Assembly: GCA_963706325.1 (NCBI GenBank)
Contig: CAVPLT010000007.1
Span: 448,001-512,000, forward strand
Reading direction: 5' to 3'
Origin: an uncultured Nitrospiraceae bacterium
GTDB lineage: Bacteria; Nitrospirota; Nitrospiria; Nitrospirales; Nitrospiraceae
DNA length: 64,000 nt
Shown here in pieces: positions 38,949 through 48,938 of the stretch (position 1 is its first letter; the number at the start of each line of letters is the position of its first letter). Below the pieces are notes generated by a model that was not told the origin of the DNA, ran no database searches, and worked only from the letters and a program-made list of their open reading frames with translations. The translations under genes were made by a program, and so were the position numbers.

Positions 38949-40300
38949 AAGCGCTTTCCGCTGTCGATCTGACGTCTCCCAAATTGCCGCCACAGAATGT
39001 CGAGGCAGAACAGTCGGTTCTGGGCGCGATTCTTCTGGACAACACGGCGATGGCCAAGGCCATGGAACTCTTGACTGACGAGGAGTTTTATCGTACCGCG
39101 CACCGCAAGATTTATCAGGCGATGTTGGAGCTGTCGGATCGTGGCGAAGTGATCGATCAGATCACCTTAACGGAGAGTCTGAAAAGCCGATCAGAACTCG
39201 ACTCCGTCGGTGGATCGGCCTATTTAGCGGAGCTGGTGCAAACAGTCCCAACGGCCGCAAACGTGCGGTATCATAGCAAGATCGTGCGCGATAAGGCCCT
39301 CTTGCGAGGGCTTATTCAGACCTCGACGGAAGTAATCACACGTGGTTATGACGGCACGGCGGCGGTGGATGAGTTGCTCGATTTTGCTGAACGCTCGGTG
39401 TTCAGTCTGGCGCAAGGAAAGTTAGACCGATCTTTTACCCCGGTGAATCAGATCATCAAGGAAAGTCTTGATGTCGTGGATCGGTTGTCCAAGCGGAAGG
39501 AACGTGTGACTGGCGTGCCGACCGGTTACATCGATCTGGATGATCTGACCGCCGGACTACAGCCCTCGGATTTAATCGTCATTGCCGGGCGCCCCAGCAT
39601 GGGAAAGACGAGTCTTGCGCTCGGGATGGCGCAACACGCCGCGCTTCATAGTGGCACCGTCGTCGGTATCTTCAGCCTTGAAATGTCGAAACCTCAGCTC
39701 GTGCTTCGTATGTTGAGTTCTGAGGCCCGTGTGGATGCACACGCGCTCCGGACCGGTAGGTTGCAAAAGGAAGACTGGTGGCGGCTGGCTGAAGCGGCCG
39801 GTAAATTGGAACAAGCGCCGATCTTTATTGACGATTCGGGGGCCGTGACGGTTCAACAGATGCGTGGAAAGGCCCGGCGGCTCAAGGCCGAGCATGGGCT
39901 CGATTTGCTGATCGTCGACTACCTGCAGCTGATGCAGGGAAAGAGTGATTCAGAGTCGAGGCAGCAAGAAATTTCCGACATTTCGCGTTCATTAAAAAGT
40001 CTTGCGAAGGAGCTCAACGTTCCCGTGATCGCGCTTTCGCAGCTCAGCCGTGCGGTCGAAGCCAGGAAGCCGCCCATTCCCATGTTGGCCGACCTGCGGG
40101 AGAGCGGCGCCATCGAACAAGACGCCGACGTGGTGATGTTTATCTATCGTGAAGAAGTCTACGAGCCCGGCACCGAGCGGAAGGGAATTGCCGACATTCT
40201 AGTCAGCAAACATCGAAATGGTCCGATTGGGAAGCGGGAATTATTTTTTCACGATCGATTCGCCAAATTTGAGAATCTCGAGACCCGCGAGGTCGTTTGA
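38945..40300 (+). CDS. dnaB: Replicative DNA helicase
   Basis: PPQNVEAEQSVLG, AGRPSMGKT, FSLEM, VDYLQL, LSQLSR, DLRESGAIEQDAD, KHRNGP. Confidence 0.98.
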   Translation: MKALSAVDLTSPKLPPQNVEAEQSVLGAILLDNTAMAKAMELLTDEEFYRTAHRKIYQAMLELSDRGEVIDQITLTESLKSRSELDSVGGSAYLAELVQTVPTAANVRYHSKIVRDKALLRGLIQTSTEVITRGYDGTAAVDELLDFAERSVFSLAQGKLDRSFTPVNQIIKESLDVVDRLSKRKERVTGVPTGYIDLDDLTAGLQPSDLIVIAGRPSMGKTSLALGMAQHAALHSGTVVGIFSLEMSKPQLVLRMLSSEARVDAHALRTGRLQKEDWWRLAEAAGKLEQAPIFIDDSGAVTVQQMRGKARRLKAEHGLDLLIVDYLQLMQGKSDSESRQQEISDISRSLKSLAKELNVPVIALSQLSRAVEARKPPIPMLADLRESGAIEQDADVVMFIYREEVYEPGTERKGIADILVSKHRNGPIGKRELFFHDRFAKFENLETREVV

Positions 40301-40326
40301 CGCTTCCTTTCGCGGGCCGGTATAAT
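40297..40326 (+). promoter_or_regulatory. Near-consensus sigma70 promoter overlapping the dnaB stop codon
   Basis: TTGACG-N18-TATAAT. Confidence 0.65.
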
Positions 40327-40436
40327 TCCCAAATATTTTGTTCACCTCCTCAAGCACTCCTTACAATCGAGCGAGCGCCGTGCAAAGATTGCGTGAAGAT
40401 TCTCTCCTATCACATGCCCCGAGAGGGAGCTCCTCT

Positions 40437-42236
40437 GTGAGAAGGGCGACCTTCGTGCTGACTGTTCTCTCCTGTTTTGTTTCGGGTTGTCAGAGCACAC
40501 CGCCATCCCAAACCGTTCCACCTGCAAGTCCCGCGGTCGCGTCAGTGCCTTCTCGCGCGATTTCGCCACTGTCTGATTCGCGAGCATCGTATCACTTCCT
40601 GCTCGGGTATCAGGCTGAGTTGGAACAGGAGACGGAACGTGCGATCAAGGAATACCAGCTGGCGCTGCAAACGGATACGTCATCCAATTATCTGAAAGCA
40701 CGATTGGCGGTTCTCTACTTCACCACGGGGGATGTGCCGACGGCCGTGCGGTACGCCGATGAAGTCGCAGATGTACCTGGCTTGGATGCGCAGATGCTCG
40801 GCCAAATCGGCGGCATGTATGCCGCTGCGGGGAAGCCGGATCAGGCGTTGCGGTTGTTCAATCGTGCTATCGAGAAAGAACCCCAGCGAAGCGAACATTA
40901 TTTTGCCAAAGGTTTGTTGCTGGCCAATCAGAAACACTATGTTGAAGCAGAGAGCACCATTCGCTCCGGGATCAAGGTGAGTCCCGATTCGGCGGTCGGG
41001 TATTACTATCTGGGCCGCATCAGCGTTGAGGCGCGAGATTTTGACAAAGCGACCACCCATTTCGAGCAGGCGGTGACATTGAACGCAGCGTTTGAACCGG
41101 CCTACGTGGCATTAGGCTCTGTGTATGAAGCCAAGGAAGACCGCGATAAAGCTATCGGCATCTATCGCCGCTACTTGCAAGGGGTCAATCCAAGAAATCG
41201 AGAAATACGGCATCATCTGATTCGTCTGCAGGTGTCGGCGAAACAGTATGATGAAGCGCTTCAAGAGTTGGAGGGTATGCTGGCGGAGGATCCCTCTGAC
41301 CTTGACGCCCAACTTCGAATGGGGCTCGTGTACGGAGAGCAGAAGAACTACCCCAAAGCGATTCAGCAGTTGAATCAGATTCTCACGGTGCGCCCGGCGG
41401 AGCTTAAGGTCCGTGACTACTTAGGATATCTGTATGAAGAGACCAGGAACTACCCGAAAGCCATTGAAGCCTATCGCCACAATCTCACGCTTGAGCCCGC
41501 ATATTTCGAGGGGCATCTCCACCTGGGCGTCCTTCAGTATCGATTGAAGCAGTATGCCGACGCAATAGAGCATCTTAGGGAAGCCAGTCGATTGAATCCC
41601 AAGCAGCCGGAATCTTACATTGTGCTTGGACTCTCGCATTTTCAGTCTGAGCAATATGAGCCATCCCTTCAGGCCTTTCTGGAAGGGATTCGTTACAATC
41701 CGGACAATGCGGACCTGCATTTTAATGCAGGGACGGTGTACGACAAATTGAACCGCTTCGATGACATGGTAAAGTCGATGCAGACGACTCTGACACTGGA
41801 CCCACATCATGCAGATGCGTTGAATTATCTTGGATATAGCTACGCTGAACGTGGCGTGAAAATCGAAGAGGCGATTACGCTGGCGAAGCAGGCCGTCGCG
41901 CTCCGACCCACCAATGGTTACTACGTCGATAGTCTTGCCTGGGCTTTCTTCAAGAAGGGGTTATTGGCGGAAGCCTTGACGGAAATGAAACGAGCAGTGG
42001 CGTTGGTCGGTGACGATCCCGTAATTTACGAACATCTGGGTGAAATTTTCCTCAAGCAGCAACATCTCTCGGATGGGCGAGAGGCTTTGCTGCATTCCCT
42101 CGAGCTCGATCCTTCAAATGACAAACTGATGCAGCGATTCCGTGAACTTGGTTTGGGCGATCCTGCTAATGAAGAACGTATTCGTCAGGCCATTCGCCGC
42201 GTCTCCGACCGCAAAGCGATCCCCCCGATCCAATAA
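40437..42236 (+). CDS. Multi-TPR lipoprotein
   Basis: GTG 40437 gives the signal peptide MRRATFVLTVLSCFVSGC; many TPRs; ALNYLGYSYAERG, YYVDSLAW, IYEHLGE. An alternative TTG start lies at 40338. Confidence 0.88.
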   Translation: MRRATFVLTVLSCFVSGCQSTPPSQTVPPASPAVASVPSRAISPLSDSRASYHFLLGYQAELEQETERAIKEYQLALQTDTSSNYLKARLAVLYFTTGDVPTAVRYADEVADVPGLDAQMLGQIGGMYAAAGKPDQALRLFNRAIEKEPQRSEHYFAKGLLLANQKHYVEAESTIRSGIKVSPDSAVGYYYLGRISVEARDFDKATTHFEQAVTLNAAFEPAYVALGSVYEAKEDRDKAIGIYRRYLQGVNPRNREIRHHLIRLQVSAKQYDEALQELEGMLAEDPSDLDAQLRMGLVYGEQKNYPKAIQQLNQILTVRPAELKVRDYLGYLYEETRNYPKAIEAYRHNLTLEPAYFEGHLHLGVLQYRLKQYADAIEHLREASRLNPKQPESYIVLGLSHFQSEQYEPSLQAFLEGIRYNPDNADLHFNAGTVYDKLNRFDDMVKSMQTTLTLDPHHADALNYLGYSYAERGVKIEEAITLAKQAVALRPTNGYYVDSLAWAFFKKGLLAEALTEMKRAVALVGDDPVIYEHLGEIFLKQQHLSDGREALLHSLELDPSNDKLMQRFRELGLGDPANEERIRQAIRRVSDRKAIPPIQ

Positions 42237-42499
42237 GCTTCTGTTGATGTTTCCCTTTCAGGCTGCCCCGCGTAGCACTCTACCCATTTCATCTAATTCT
42301 TCCTCCTCCCTAAGCGGCCACCTCAATCACATTGGGTGGATTCTCGATGCCGCGTCTGTCCGATTCAGCCAATTTTTGGCACTTTCCTTCCGAATCCCTT
42401 GGTTCTGAGTAACCCTCGGCCGCTTTCGACATCAAGGTAAGTCCAGAAATATCAATTTTAACGACAGGTTCGGCATCTGTGCTCTCTCGCCCCACGGCT

Positions 42500-42515
42500 T
42501 GGCACAGGGCCTGCT
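42500..42515 (+). promoter_or_regulatory. Sigma54 promoter of the first pilin
   Basis: TGGCACAGGGCCTGCT, GG-N10-GC. Confidence 0.7.
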
Positions 42516-42596
42516 TATGGATGAGTTGTTTTTAAAAGGCGTTGATCGGTTGAGGACATGTTGAATGAGCTGTACGAAAGTCTGTGAACTCACACA

Positions 42597-43122
42597 ATGA
42601 CTGAATCGAGGCAAGCAGGTTTCACGCTGATCGAAGTAATGATCGTCGTGGTGATCGTGGGCATCCTGGCTGCCATTGCGATACCAAATTTTCTCCGGTA
42701 TCGGGCGCATGCCATGCAGGCTGAGGCGCGATCCAATCTGGGTGCGATCTATGTTGGAGAAGTGTCGTTCTTCACTGAGCGGAAAGAGTTTGGAAATTTT
42801 ACGGATATTGGATTTGCCATCACTGGAGGGGGCACCAACCGCTACACCTATCGAACCGGCTTGGGTCTCGGGTCCGGCTTGGGGTTAAACGGAGCGAATC
42901 TCTGTGGGACATCTGCAAGCTGCGATACGATTCAGACGGGAGTGCCTACGCCAGGGGCTCGTCACCTTTACGGGACTGGCAGGAGTTGCGGCAACATCGG
43001 TGTCCGGCTTTACGGCGACTGCCGCGGCAAATCTTGATGGCGATGTGACGCATGACGGATGGTACGTCAACGACGCGAAACAAGGCTTGGATTCGGCGGA
43101 GCCTAATGATGTGACAAGTTAA
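42597..43122 (+). pseudogene. Type IV pilin paralog with a +1 frameshift in or near GGGG at 42954-42957
   Basis: Prepilin site AG/FTLIEV. The C-terminal part (GFTATAAANLDGDVTHDGWYVND...NDVTS*) lies in the next frame and aligns with the downstream pilin. Span is 526 nt (3n+1). Confidence 0.85.
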
Positions 43123-43265
43123 GTAGTGTCAGCAGTGCCAAAACTTGTCATCTGGGGACGGAAAAAGGAATCTGGCAACCGGGAAAGTTCAAGGCCTCAG
43201 TCGATCCGTAAATATAAATGATTGGTAAATCGTATGAATTACAAGAACTGCAGGAAGGAGGTGTT

Positions 43266-43281
43266 GGGCATAGAATCTGCT
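43266..43281 (+). promoter_or_regulatory. Sigma54 promoter of pilA
   Basis: GGGCATAGAATCTGCT, GG-N10-GC, preceded by an AT-rich tract. Confidence 0.6.
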
Positions 43282-43383
43282 ATTCCCAAGATCTGCTAGG
43301 TTTGAAAGAGCTGTGTTGTGAAGGACAGTGGAAGTGAAAGTCAGCGTTGGTGAACGTAATACAATAGGAAAGGGAGGAAGTCC

Positions 43384-43905
43384 ATGCTGAAGCAAGTCAA
43401 AGGTCAAAAGGGTTTCACATTGATTGAGTTGATGATCGTCGTAGCGATTATCGGTATCTTGGCGGCCATTGCCATTCCCAACTTCTTGCGCTACCAGGCG
43501 AAGTCGCGTCAGTCGGAAGCCAAGACGAACCTGGGCGCGATCTTCGTGGCGGAGACGGCTTATCTCAGCGAACAGTCGCGTTACGGGAGCTTCTCAGAAA
43601 TCGGGTATGCGCTTGCCGGGACGACGAATCGCTACAACTATCGCAGCCCGGCCATCGGTGGAAACGGTGCTTCGTCAAATACTGTTGGTCTTGATCAGAT
43701 TCCCTGTGGTGCTCCAGTCGGTTGCACGGTGGCGACGGATGCATCTCCGGCAGTACCTTCTCTTGCTAGCACAACCGCCGGTGCGGTGGGCTTCACCGCC
43801 TCTGCTGTAGCCAGCATCGACAATGATCCGACCATAGACGGTTGGTCCGTCAATGATGTCAAGGCAGGACTTACGGGTGCGGTTCCTGACGACGTGATCA
43901 GCTAA
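43384..43905 (+). CDS. pilA: Type IVa major pilin
   Basis: [27 protein letters not shown]5, strong GGAGG RBS, own terminator. Confidence 0.92.
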   Translation: MLKQVKGQKGFTLIELMIVVAIIGILAAIAIPNFLRYQAKSRQSEAKTNLGAIFVAETAYLSEQSRYGSFSEIGYALAGTTNRYNYRSPAIGGNGASSNTVGLDQIPCGAPVGCTVATDASPAVPSLASTTAGAVGFTASAVASIDNDPTIDGWSVNDVKAGLTGAVPDDVIS

Positions 43906-43931
43906 GGATCAGTCGCAGGGCTTCTTCGCTG

Positions 43932-43962
43932 CGGGGGAGGAACGTCGTTCCTCCCCCGTTTT
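43932..43962 (+). terminator. Rho-independent terminator after pilA
   Basis: 12-bp stem CGGGGGAGGAAC-gtc-GTTCCTCCCCCG followed by TTTT. Confidence 0.9.
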
Positions 43963-44121
43963 CATTCTAGCTGACCCATCGACGAATCTCTCGTCCAAGG
44001 TCTCAGGTTCTTTTTGGAGCCCACGATTCGTCCAGCCGCGGTATTCAAATTTTCTTTTCCAAATTGGGCTTGTCTGATAAAGCAGGAGAGATCCGCTTCG
44101 TCACGTGATCAAGGCTCCGCT

Positions 44122-46119
44122 ATGAATATGCTGCCTTCCATTTCGTTGCTGGTGATCAGCGCACTCGTGCTCTTCTCTCCTCTGCAGGAGGGCGGCACGA
44201 CTCATTCGGCGCAAATGATCATCAGGCTGTTGATCCTGACGTGGTTCGGAATGGTTTTGGCGACCGGCATTCGAGCGAGGCGTCTCGCCGTCCCTATGCT
44301 TACGTTGAGGTACGCAGTAATAGCGTTTGTCGGATTGGCCTTAATGGCGACAATCCTTTCGCCCTATGTCCACGCGAGCCGACAGTGGTTGATCATGATC
44401 GCGTGGTACGCGACGTTGTTCTATTTGCTTGTCTCATTCGTCGACCGGTGGGAGCATATTCGTACGCTGACCGTCGTGATCGTACTGATGGGCGTAGGAG
44501 AAGCAAGCTGGGCCATCGTGCAAGGATGGGCGTGGAATGTCTCGAGGCCCAGCGGTACGTTCTTCAACCCCAACTTTCTTGCCGGATATCTCACGGTGAC
44601 TTGGACGATCATATTGAGTGTCGCAATCTACGGCTATCGACCGGCCTCGGCATTTTCACGTCCGTGGATGTCACCCGTTCTATGGTGGCTTGGACTTGGC
44701 ACGGCGTTGGGCAGTCTGCTTTGTGCGGTGTTATTGACCCAGTCTCGCGGAGGCATGATCGTCTGCCTTGTCGGGACGGTCTTTGTGCTGACGGCTCGGT
44801 TTGGATGGAAAGTAGCCGGCGGCTGTGCGGCGGCGGTTGTGTCGCTCGGATTGTTTCTCCCGACGCCGATTCGTGATCGGGTGTTGGCGGAGCATCAACA
44901 GAATCCTGTCTCCTATGCCCGCTGGCAGATGTGGCAGGGAGCGGTCACACAAATGATCGATCATCCCCTGGGAATTGGGCTGGGACTCTATCAGTACACC
45001 TATCCCCTCTATGCGTTCCCTGTTGATGGTGAGATTTCCCGTTTTGGAAAAATCGCCCAGACACCCCATAACGATTACCTTCAGATGGGCGTCGAGATGG
45101 GGCCAGGAGCAATCCTTGTGTTTGGGATCGGGGTTGTTCTGCTCATCCGGGAATTGCGACACGTGCTTCAGTCGCGATTGCGACGCTGGCAGCGGAGTCT
45201 CATTGCGGGTATCGGGGGTGGTGTGATCGCGCTCTTGGTACACGCCGCACTTGATTCTAGTTTGCGCGAGTCCGCCCTTGCGATCCTGCTGGTAATCTGT
45301 GGCGGGCTGATTGTGTCTGCCGCAAGGCTCACGCGCAGGGGATTCGATTCCGTCTATGTTATTTCGATTCATTCTCGCTGGGCATGGGGAATCGGTGCGG
45401 CATGTCTGGTACTGGTGGCCGGCGTTGAGGTGACGCGACTGGGGGTCGCGTGGATGAAGTTTGATGCCGCCTCTCGTCGAGCCATGGCAGGGGATACCGA
45501 TGCAGCGATCGAAGGATTGAAGGCGGCTGTGGCAATGGATCCGGGCAAGACGCTCTACCATCACGGCTTGGGATCGGTCTATGCGAGGGCATTTGAAGTT
45601 TCCGGTGATAAGCAGGTCTTTCAATTGGCATATGCGGAATTTACACGAGCAATCGAACTGAATCCGCTCGATAGCCGCCTGCTCGGGCTGCTTGGGCAGC
45701 TCTATGTTTCCGCGACTCAAGTTCCCGCTGCATTTACGGCATCCAATGATCAGCAAAAAGTCTGGTTGCGTGCGGCGGTCCAAGTTTACGAACGAGCCAT
45801 CCAGCTCGCGCCGTTTTCCGCGATGTATCGATACGAACAGGCGCGACTCTATTGGATGTTGGGGGCGCGGAGTGACGCTGAACGTCGGGCAAAAGACGCG
45901 GAGAATCTGGAACCAAATTTTTTGCCTGCTCGTGCCTTATTGGCCCGCTTGTGGATTGAAGAGGGGCAGGTCGATCAGGCAAGAGATCAGGTGCGTGAAA
46001 TTCTTGCGCGCCAGGCACGCTACAAGCAGTGGAACAAGAATAGCCTAGATCAGGCATTTTTGAATGTCGATGTCGCCCCGCTTCAGGCCGCAGTTGGCAA
46101 AACGGCGGTCCCCGGATGA
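44122..46119 (+). CDS. O-antigen ligase/O-oligosaccharyltransferase-like (Wzy_C) membrane protein with C-terminal TPRs
   Basis: GTFFNPNFLAGYL, TQSRGG, R..MW, HPLGIGLG, TPHNDYLQ, many TM helices, TPR tail. Confidence 0.85.
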   Translation: MNMLPSISLLVISALVLFSPLQEGGTTHSAQMIIRLLILTWFGMVLATGIRARRLAVPMLTLRYAVIAFVGLALMATILSPYVHASRQWLIMIAWYATLFYLLVSFVDRWEHIRTLTVVIVLMGVGEASWAIVQGWAWNVSRPSGTFFNPNFLAGYLTVTWTIILSVAIYGYRPASAFSRPWMSPVLWWLGLGTALGSLLCAVLLTQSRGGMIVCLVGTVFVLTARFGWKVAGGCAAAVVSLGLFLPTPIRDRVLAEHQQNPVSYARWQMWQGAVTQMIDHPLGIGLGLYQYTYPLYAFPVDGEISRFGKIAQTPHNDYLQMGVEMGPGAILVFGIGVVLLIRELRHVLQSRLRRWQRSLIAGIGGGVIALLVHAALDSSLRESALAILLVICGGLIVSAARLTRRGFDSVYVISIHSRWAWGIGAACLVLVAGVEVTRLGVAWMKFDAASRRAMAGDTDAAIEGLKAAVAMDPGKTLYHHGLGSVYARAFEVSGDKQVFQLAYAEFTRAIELNPLDSRLLGLLGQLYVSATQVPAAFTASNDQQKVWLRAAVQVYERAIQLAPFSAMYRYEQARLYWMLGARSDAERRAKDAENLEPNFLPARALLARLWIEEGQVDQARDQVREILARQARYKQWNKNSLDQAFLNVDVAPLQAAVGKTAVPG

Positions 46120-47069
46120 AACGCATTCGATACCTATCGATCGTGAGGAAAGGGTTGATTCATGCCGCCTTTGGGCTGATTCTCCTCGCAAGTTCTTCGG
46201 TGTTGCTTTACTTCCTGGATGGGCAACGGACTACTGTGGCGCGAGCCGAGCAGTTGGCCTATCTCCCCAAAGGAGAATATTTGAAATTGGCGGTACTCGG
46301 CTATCGGCATGTCGTCGCCGACCTTATCTGGCTGCAGGCCGTTCAGCACATTGGCGCTAAAAGAGATACGCAGCGTGGGTATGCCTGGACCTATCATGCC
46401 GTGGATGTCCTGACGGATCTGGATCCCACGTTTGTTCCGCCCTACCAGGCTACCGGCCTTTTCCTTGGTGTACTGGTGGGACGTCAGGAAGAAGGCCTGG
46501 CCATTTTAACCAAGGGCATTCGCCACAATCCGTCGAATTGGCAGCTGCCATTCTTGGCTGGCTATATTTCGTATTACGAGCTCTGTAATCCGGTTGCGAG
46601 CGGGGAATATTTTCGGATTGCGGCGAGCATCCCCGGCGCTCCGGCTTATCTGCCTAAGTTGGCCGCACGCATGACGTTGGAGAGTGGGGACCCCACAGCG
46701 GCGCTCGAATTCCTGGACCGCTTTTCTCGGAGCGTCACCGACGAACGGGTGCGCGAGGCCCTTTTGCATCGTATGAAAGAAATCATCCAGGAAAAAGACC
46801 TGCGTTTCCTGGACGAGAGCATTCGGCGTTATCGAGCGAAGTATGGGCAGCCCCCAGCGAAGCTCGAGGATCTGATGCTGCATGGGGTTATTCAGCAGCT
46901 GCCTACGGACCCCTTGGGCGGGGAGTATGAGGTCGAGGCCTTCAGTGGAGTTGTGCGTGCGACCTCAAAGGGTGACCGGCTCCGTATTCACGAAAAGGTG
47001 GCCTGTCATGCAAAGGCTGGGGATGTGAAGCCCAAGGCATGGGCAAATCCACTTGCTGCTCTCGAATGA
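46116..47069 (+). CDS. Pilin-locus membrane-anchored TPR-like protein (PilG/XapA-like)
   Basis: LGYRHVVADLIWLQAVQ, TDLDP, PTDPLGGEY; lies between the pilins and the ABC genes. Confidence 0.7.
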   Translation: MKRIRYLSIVRKGLIHAAFGLILLASSSVLLYFLDGQRTTVARAEQLAYLPKGEYLKLAVLGYRHVVADLIWLQAVQHIGAKRDTQRGYAWTYHAVDVLTDLDPTFVPPYQATGLFLGVLVGRQEEGLAILTKGIRHNPSNWQLPFLAGYISYYELCNPVASGEYFRIAASIPGAPAYLPKLAARMTLESGDPTAALEFLDRFSRSVTDERVREALLHRMKEIIQEKDLRFLDESIRRYRAKYGQPPAKLEDLMLHGVIQQLPTDPLGGEYEVEAFSGVVRATSKGDRLRIHEKVACHAKAGDVKPKAWANPLAALE

Positions 47070-47083
47070 GGATGGAGGCGTTC

Positions 47084-48055
47084 GTGGACGATATTGTCAC
47101 AGAAGATCTGAGTAAATCGTACCCCTCCGGTTGGCCTGGCCGTCCGCCTTTTGTGGCATTGGATGGACTTTCACTCACGGTCTGTCGGGGAGAAATTTTT
47201 GGCTTTCTCGGCCCGAACGGTGCCGGAAAGACCACGACCTTGAAAATCCTTCTAGGACTGGTTCGCGCGACCAGCGGACGGGCTCTTCTGTTCGGTGAAC
47301 CTGCGGGTGATGTGACGACTCGTCGACGTATAGGGTTTTTGCCGGAGTCGCCTTATTTCTATGATTACTTGACCGCAGAAGAATTCCTCGGCTTTTACGG
47401 GCAATTAGCCGGCTTGAGCCGCGCAGTCACTGCTCAGCGTGTGGACGATCTTTTGCAACTCGTGGGGCTGGTCGAGGCGCGCACGAGACCATTGCGAAAA
47501 TTTTCTAAAGGGATGTTGCAACGTATCGGACTTGCTCAAGCGCTTATCCACGATCCCGAACTGGTGATTCTCGATGAGCCCATGACCGGCTTGGACCCGG
47601 TCGGAAGAAAACAGGTGCGTGACCTGATTCTGAGTCTGCGCGATCAAGGGAAAACGGTTTTTTTTAGCACACATATTTTGCACGACGTCGAAATGATCTG
47701 TGACCGCGTCGGTATTGTCATGAGGGGGCGGCTGGTGGCCAGTGGTCGAGTCGACGAACTGGTCCGGCAAGACCATATTCAGTCGGTCGAAATCGTGTGT
47801 CAGCATATCAAGGTGGAAGGCAATATATATATTCAGTCGCTCGCGTCACGTGTGTTGCAACAGGGTCAACAGTGCCTGATCGTATTGCCGAATCCGGACG
47901 CGGTGGATGCCATCGTCGGCGAGATCCGGCGTCAAGGTGGTCGACTTCTGTCCATAACCCCTCATAAGGCGTCGCTGGAGGATTTGTTTTTCCATGAGGC
48001 TGCGCAAGAAGTCTCACGGGTAGCGGCGCATATGACCAGTGGGAGGGCATCCTGA
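47084..48055 (+). CDS. ABC transporter ATP-binding protein (PilH-like)
   Basis: GPNGAGKTT, FSKGMLQRIGLAQAL, LDEPMTGLDP; GTG with GGAGG RBS. Confidence 0.92.
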   Translation: MDDIVTEDLSKSYPSGWPGRPPFVALDGLSLTVCRGEIFGFLGPNGAGKTTTLKILLGLVRATSGRALLFGEPAGDVTTRRRIGFLPESPYFYDYLTAEEFLGFYGQLAGLSRAVTAQRVDDLLQLVGLVEARTRPLRKFSKGMLQRIGLAQALIHDPELVILDEPMTGLDPVGRKQVRDLILSLRDQGKTVFFSTHILHDVEMICDRVGIVMRGRLVASGRVDELVRQDHIQSVEIVCQHIKVEGNIYIQSLASRVLQQGQQCLIVLPNPDAVDAIVGEIRRQGGRLLSITPHKASLEDLFFHEAAQEVSRVAAHMTSGRAS

Positions 48056-48056
48056 T

Positions 48057-48821
48057 ATGGGTGTAATCGCGGTCATTGCATTGAATGCATTCCGTGAAAG
48101 TCTGCGGGATAAGATTCTCTACAATTTGGTGCTGTTCGCCGGGTTGCTCATCGGACTCTCGGTGCTGCTCGCAGACCTTTCCATTACCGAGCATCACAAG
48201 GTAATTGCGGACATGGGCCTGGCGGCGATCAATCTTATCGGCGTTATTATTGCCATTTTCGTGGGCATCAGTCTGGTCAATAAGGAAATCGAACGACGTA
48301 CGATCTATACGATCATGGCCAGGCCGATCAGCCGCGCCTTTTTCATCATGGGCAAGTATTTCGGTCTGGCTTTGACACTCTTTGTAAATATGGCAGTCAT
48401 GCTGGCCGTGTTCCTGCTCACTCTCTGGCTCTACCACGTGCCGATTGAGCGCTCCCTGTTCCAGGCCGTGCAATTGATCTTTGTCGAGGTACTGGTGGTG
48501 ACGGCGATCGCGCTCCTCTTTTCGACGTTCACGTCTTCGACGCTCAGCGCTATCTTTACATTGGGTCTGTATGTCATCGGGCATCTCACGGCGGACCTGA
48601 GAGCGATGGTGGTGAACAGTGAAGGCGGGTTCGGGAAGGCAGTGGTGAACCTGTTGTATTACCTGCTCCCGAATCTGGAAATGCTCAATATCAAGGGCCA
48701 GGCGGCTGTGGGCGTTGTGGCGGCACCGGAGTATATGATGCTCGCGTCCCTGTATGGTTTGCTGTATGCGGGGGTGCTGGTGACGGGAGCCTGCCTGGTA
48801 TTTCAGCGGCGCGATTTCTGA
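48057..48821 (+). CDS. ABC-2 type permease (PilI-like)
   Basis: IALNAFRESLRDK, KEIERRTIYTIMARPISR...GK, C-terminal FQRRDF. Confidence 0.9.
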   Translation: MGVIAVIALNAFRESLRDKILYNLVLFAGLLIGLSVLLADLSITEHHKVIADMGLAAINLIGVIIAIFVGISLVNKEIERRTIYTIMARPISRAFFIMGKYFGLALTLFVNMAVMLAVFLLTLWLYHVPIERSLFQAVQLIFVEVLVVTAIALLFSTFTSSTLSAIFTLGLYVIGHLTADLRAMVVNSEGGFGKAVVNLLYYLLPNLEMLNIKGQAAVGVVAAPEYMMLASLYGLLYAGVLVTGACLVFQRRDF

Positions 48822-48938
48822 CCCACGGCCGTGACATATCGGTGTGCTGAAGCGGAGTGCCAGTCTTAACACCGATCGGTCGTTCCCACTTATACCCGTG
48901 CCGGCCGGACGGCGCGGTTCTCAGCAAAAGGCTACGAA

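Noticed and set aside
43384..43905. pilA as an electrically conductive (e-pilin) gene
   Set aside because: F1, F24, Y27, Y50 and Y57 are present, but only about 12 of 163 mature residues are aromatic and the C-terminal half has a long aromatic-free gap.
48822..48938. ops/JUMPstart element before wzm
   Set aside because: No GGCGGTAG core; only a modest ATCGGTGT...ACACCGAT inverted repeat.
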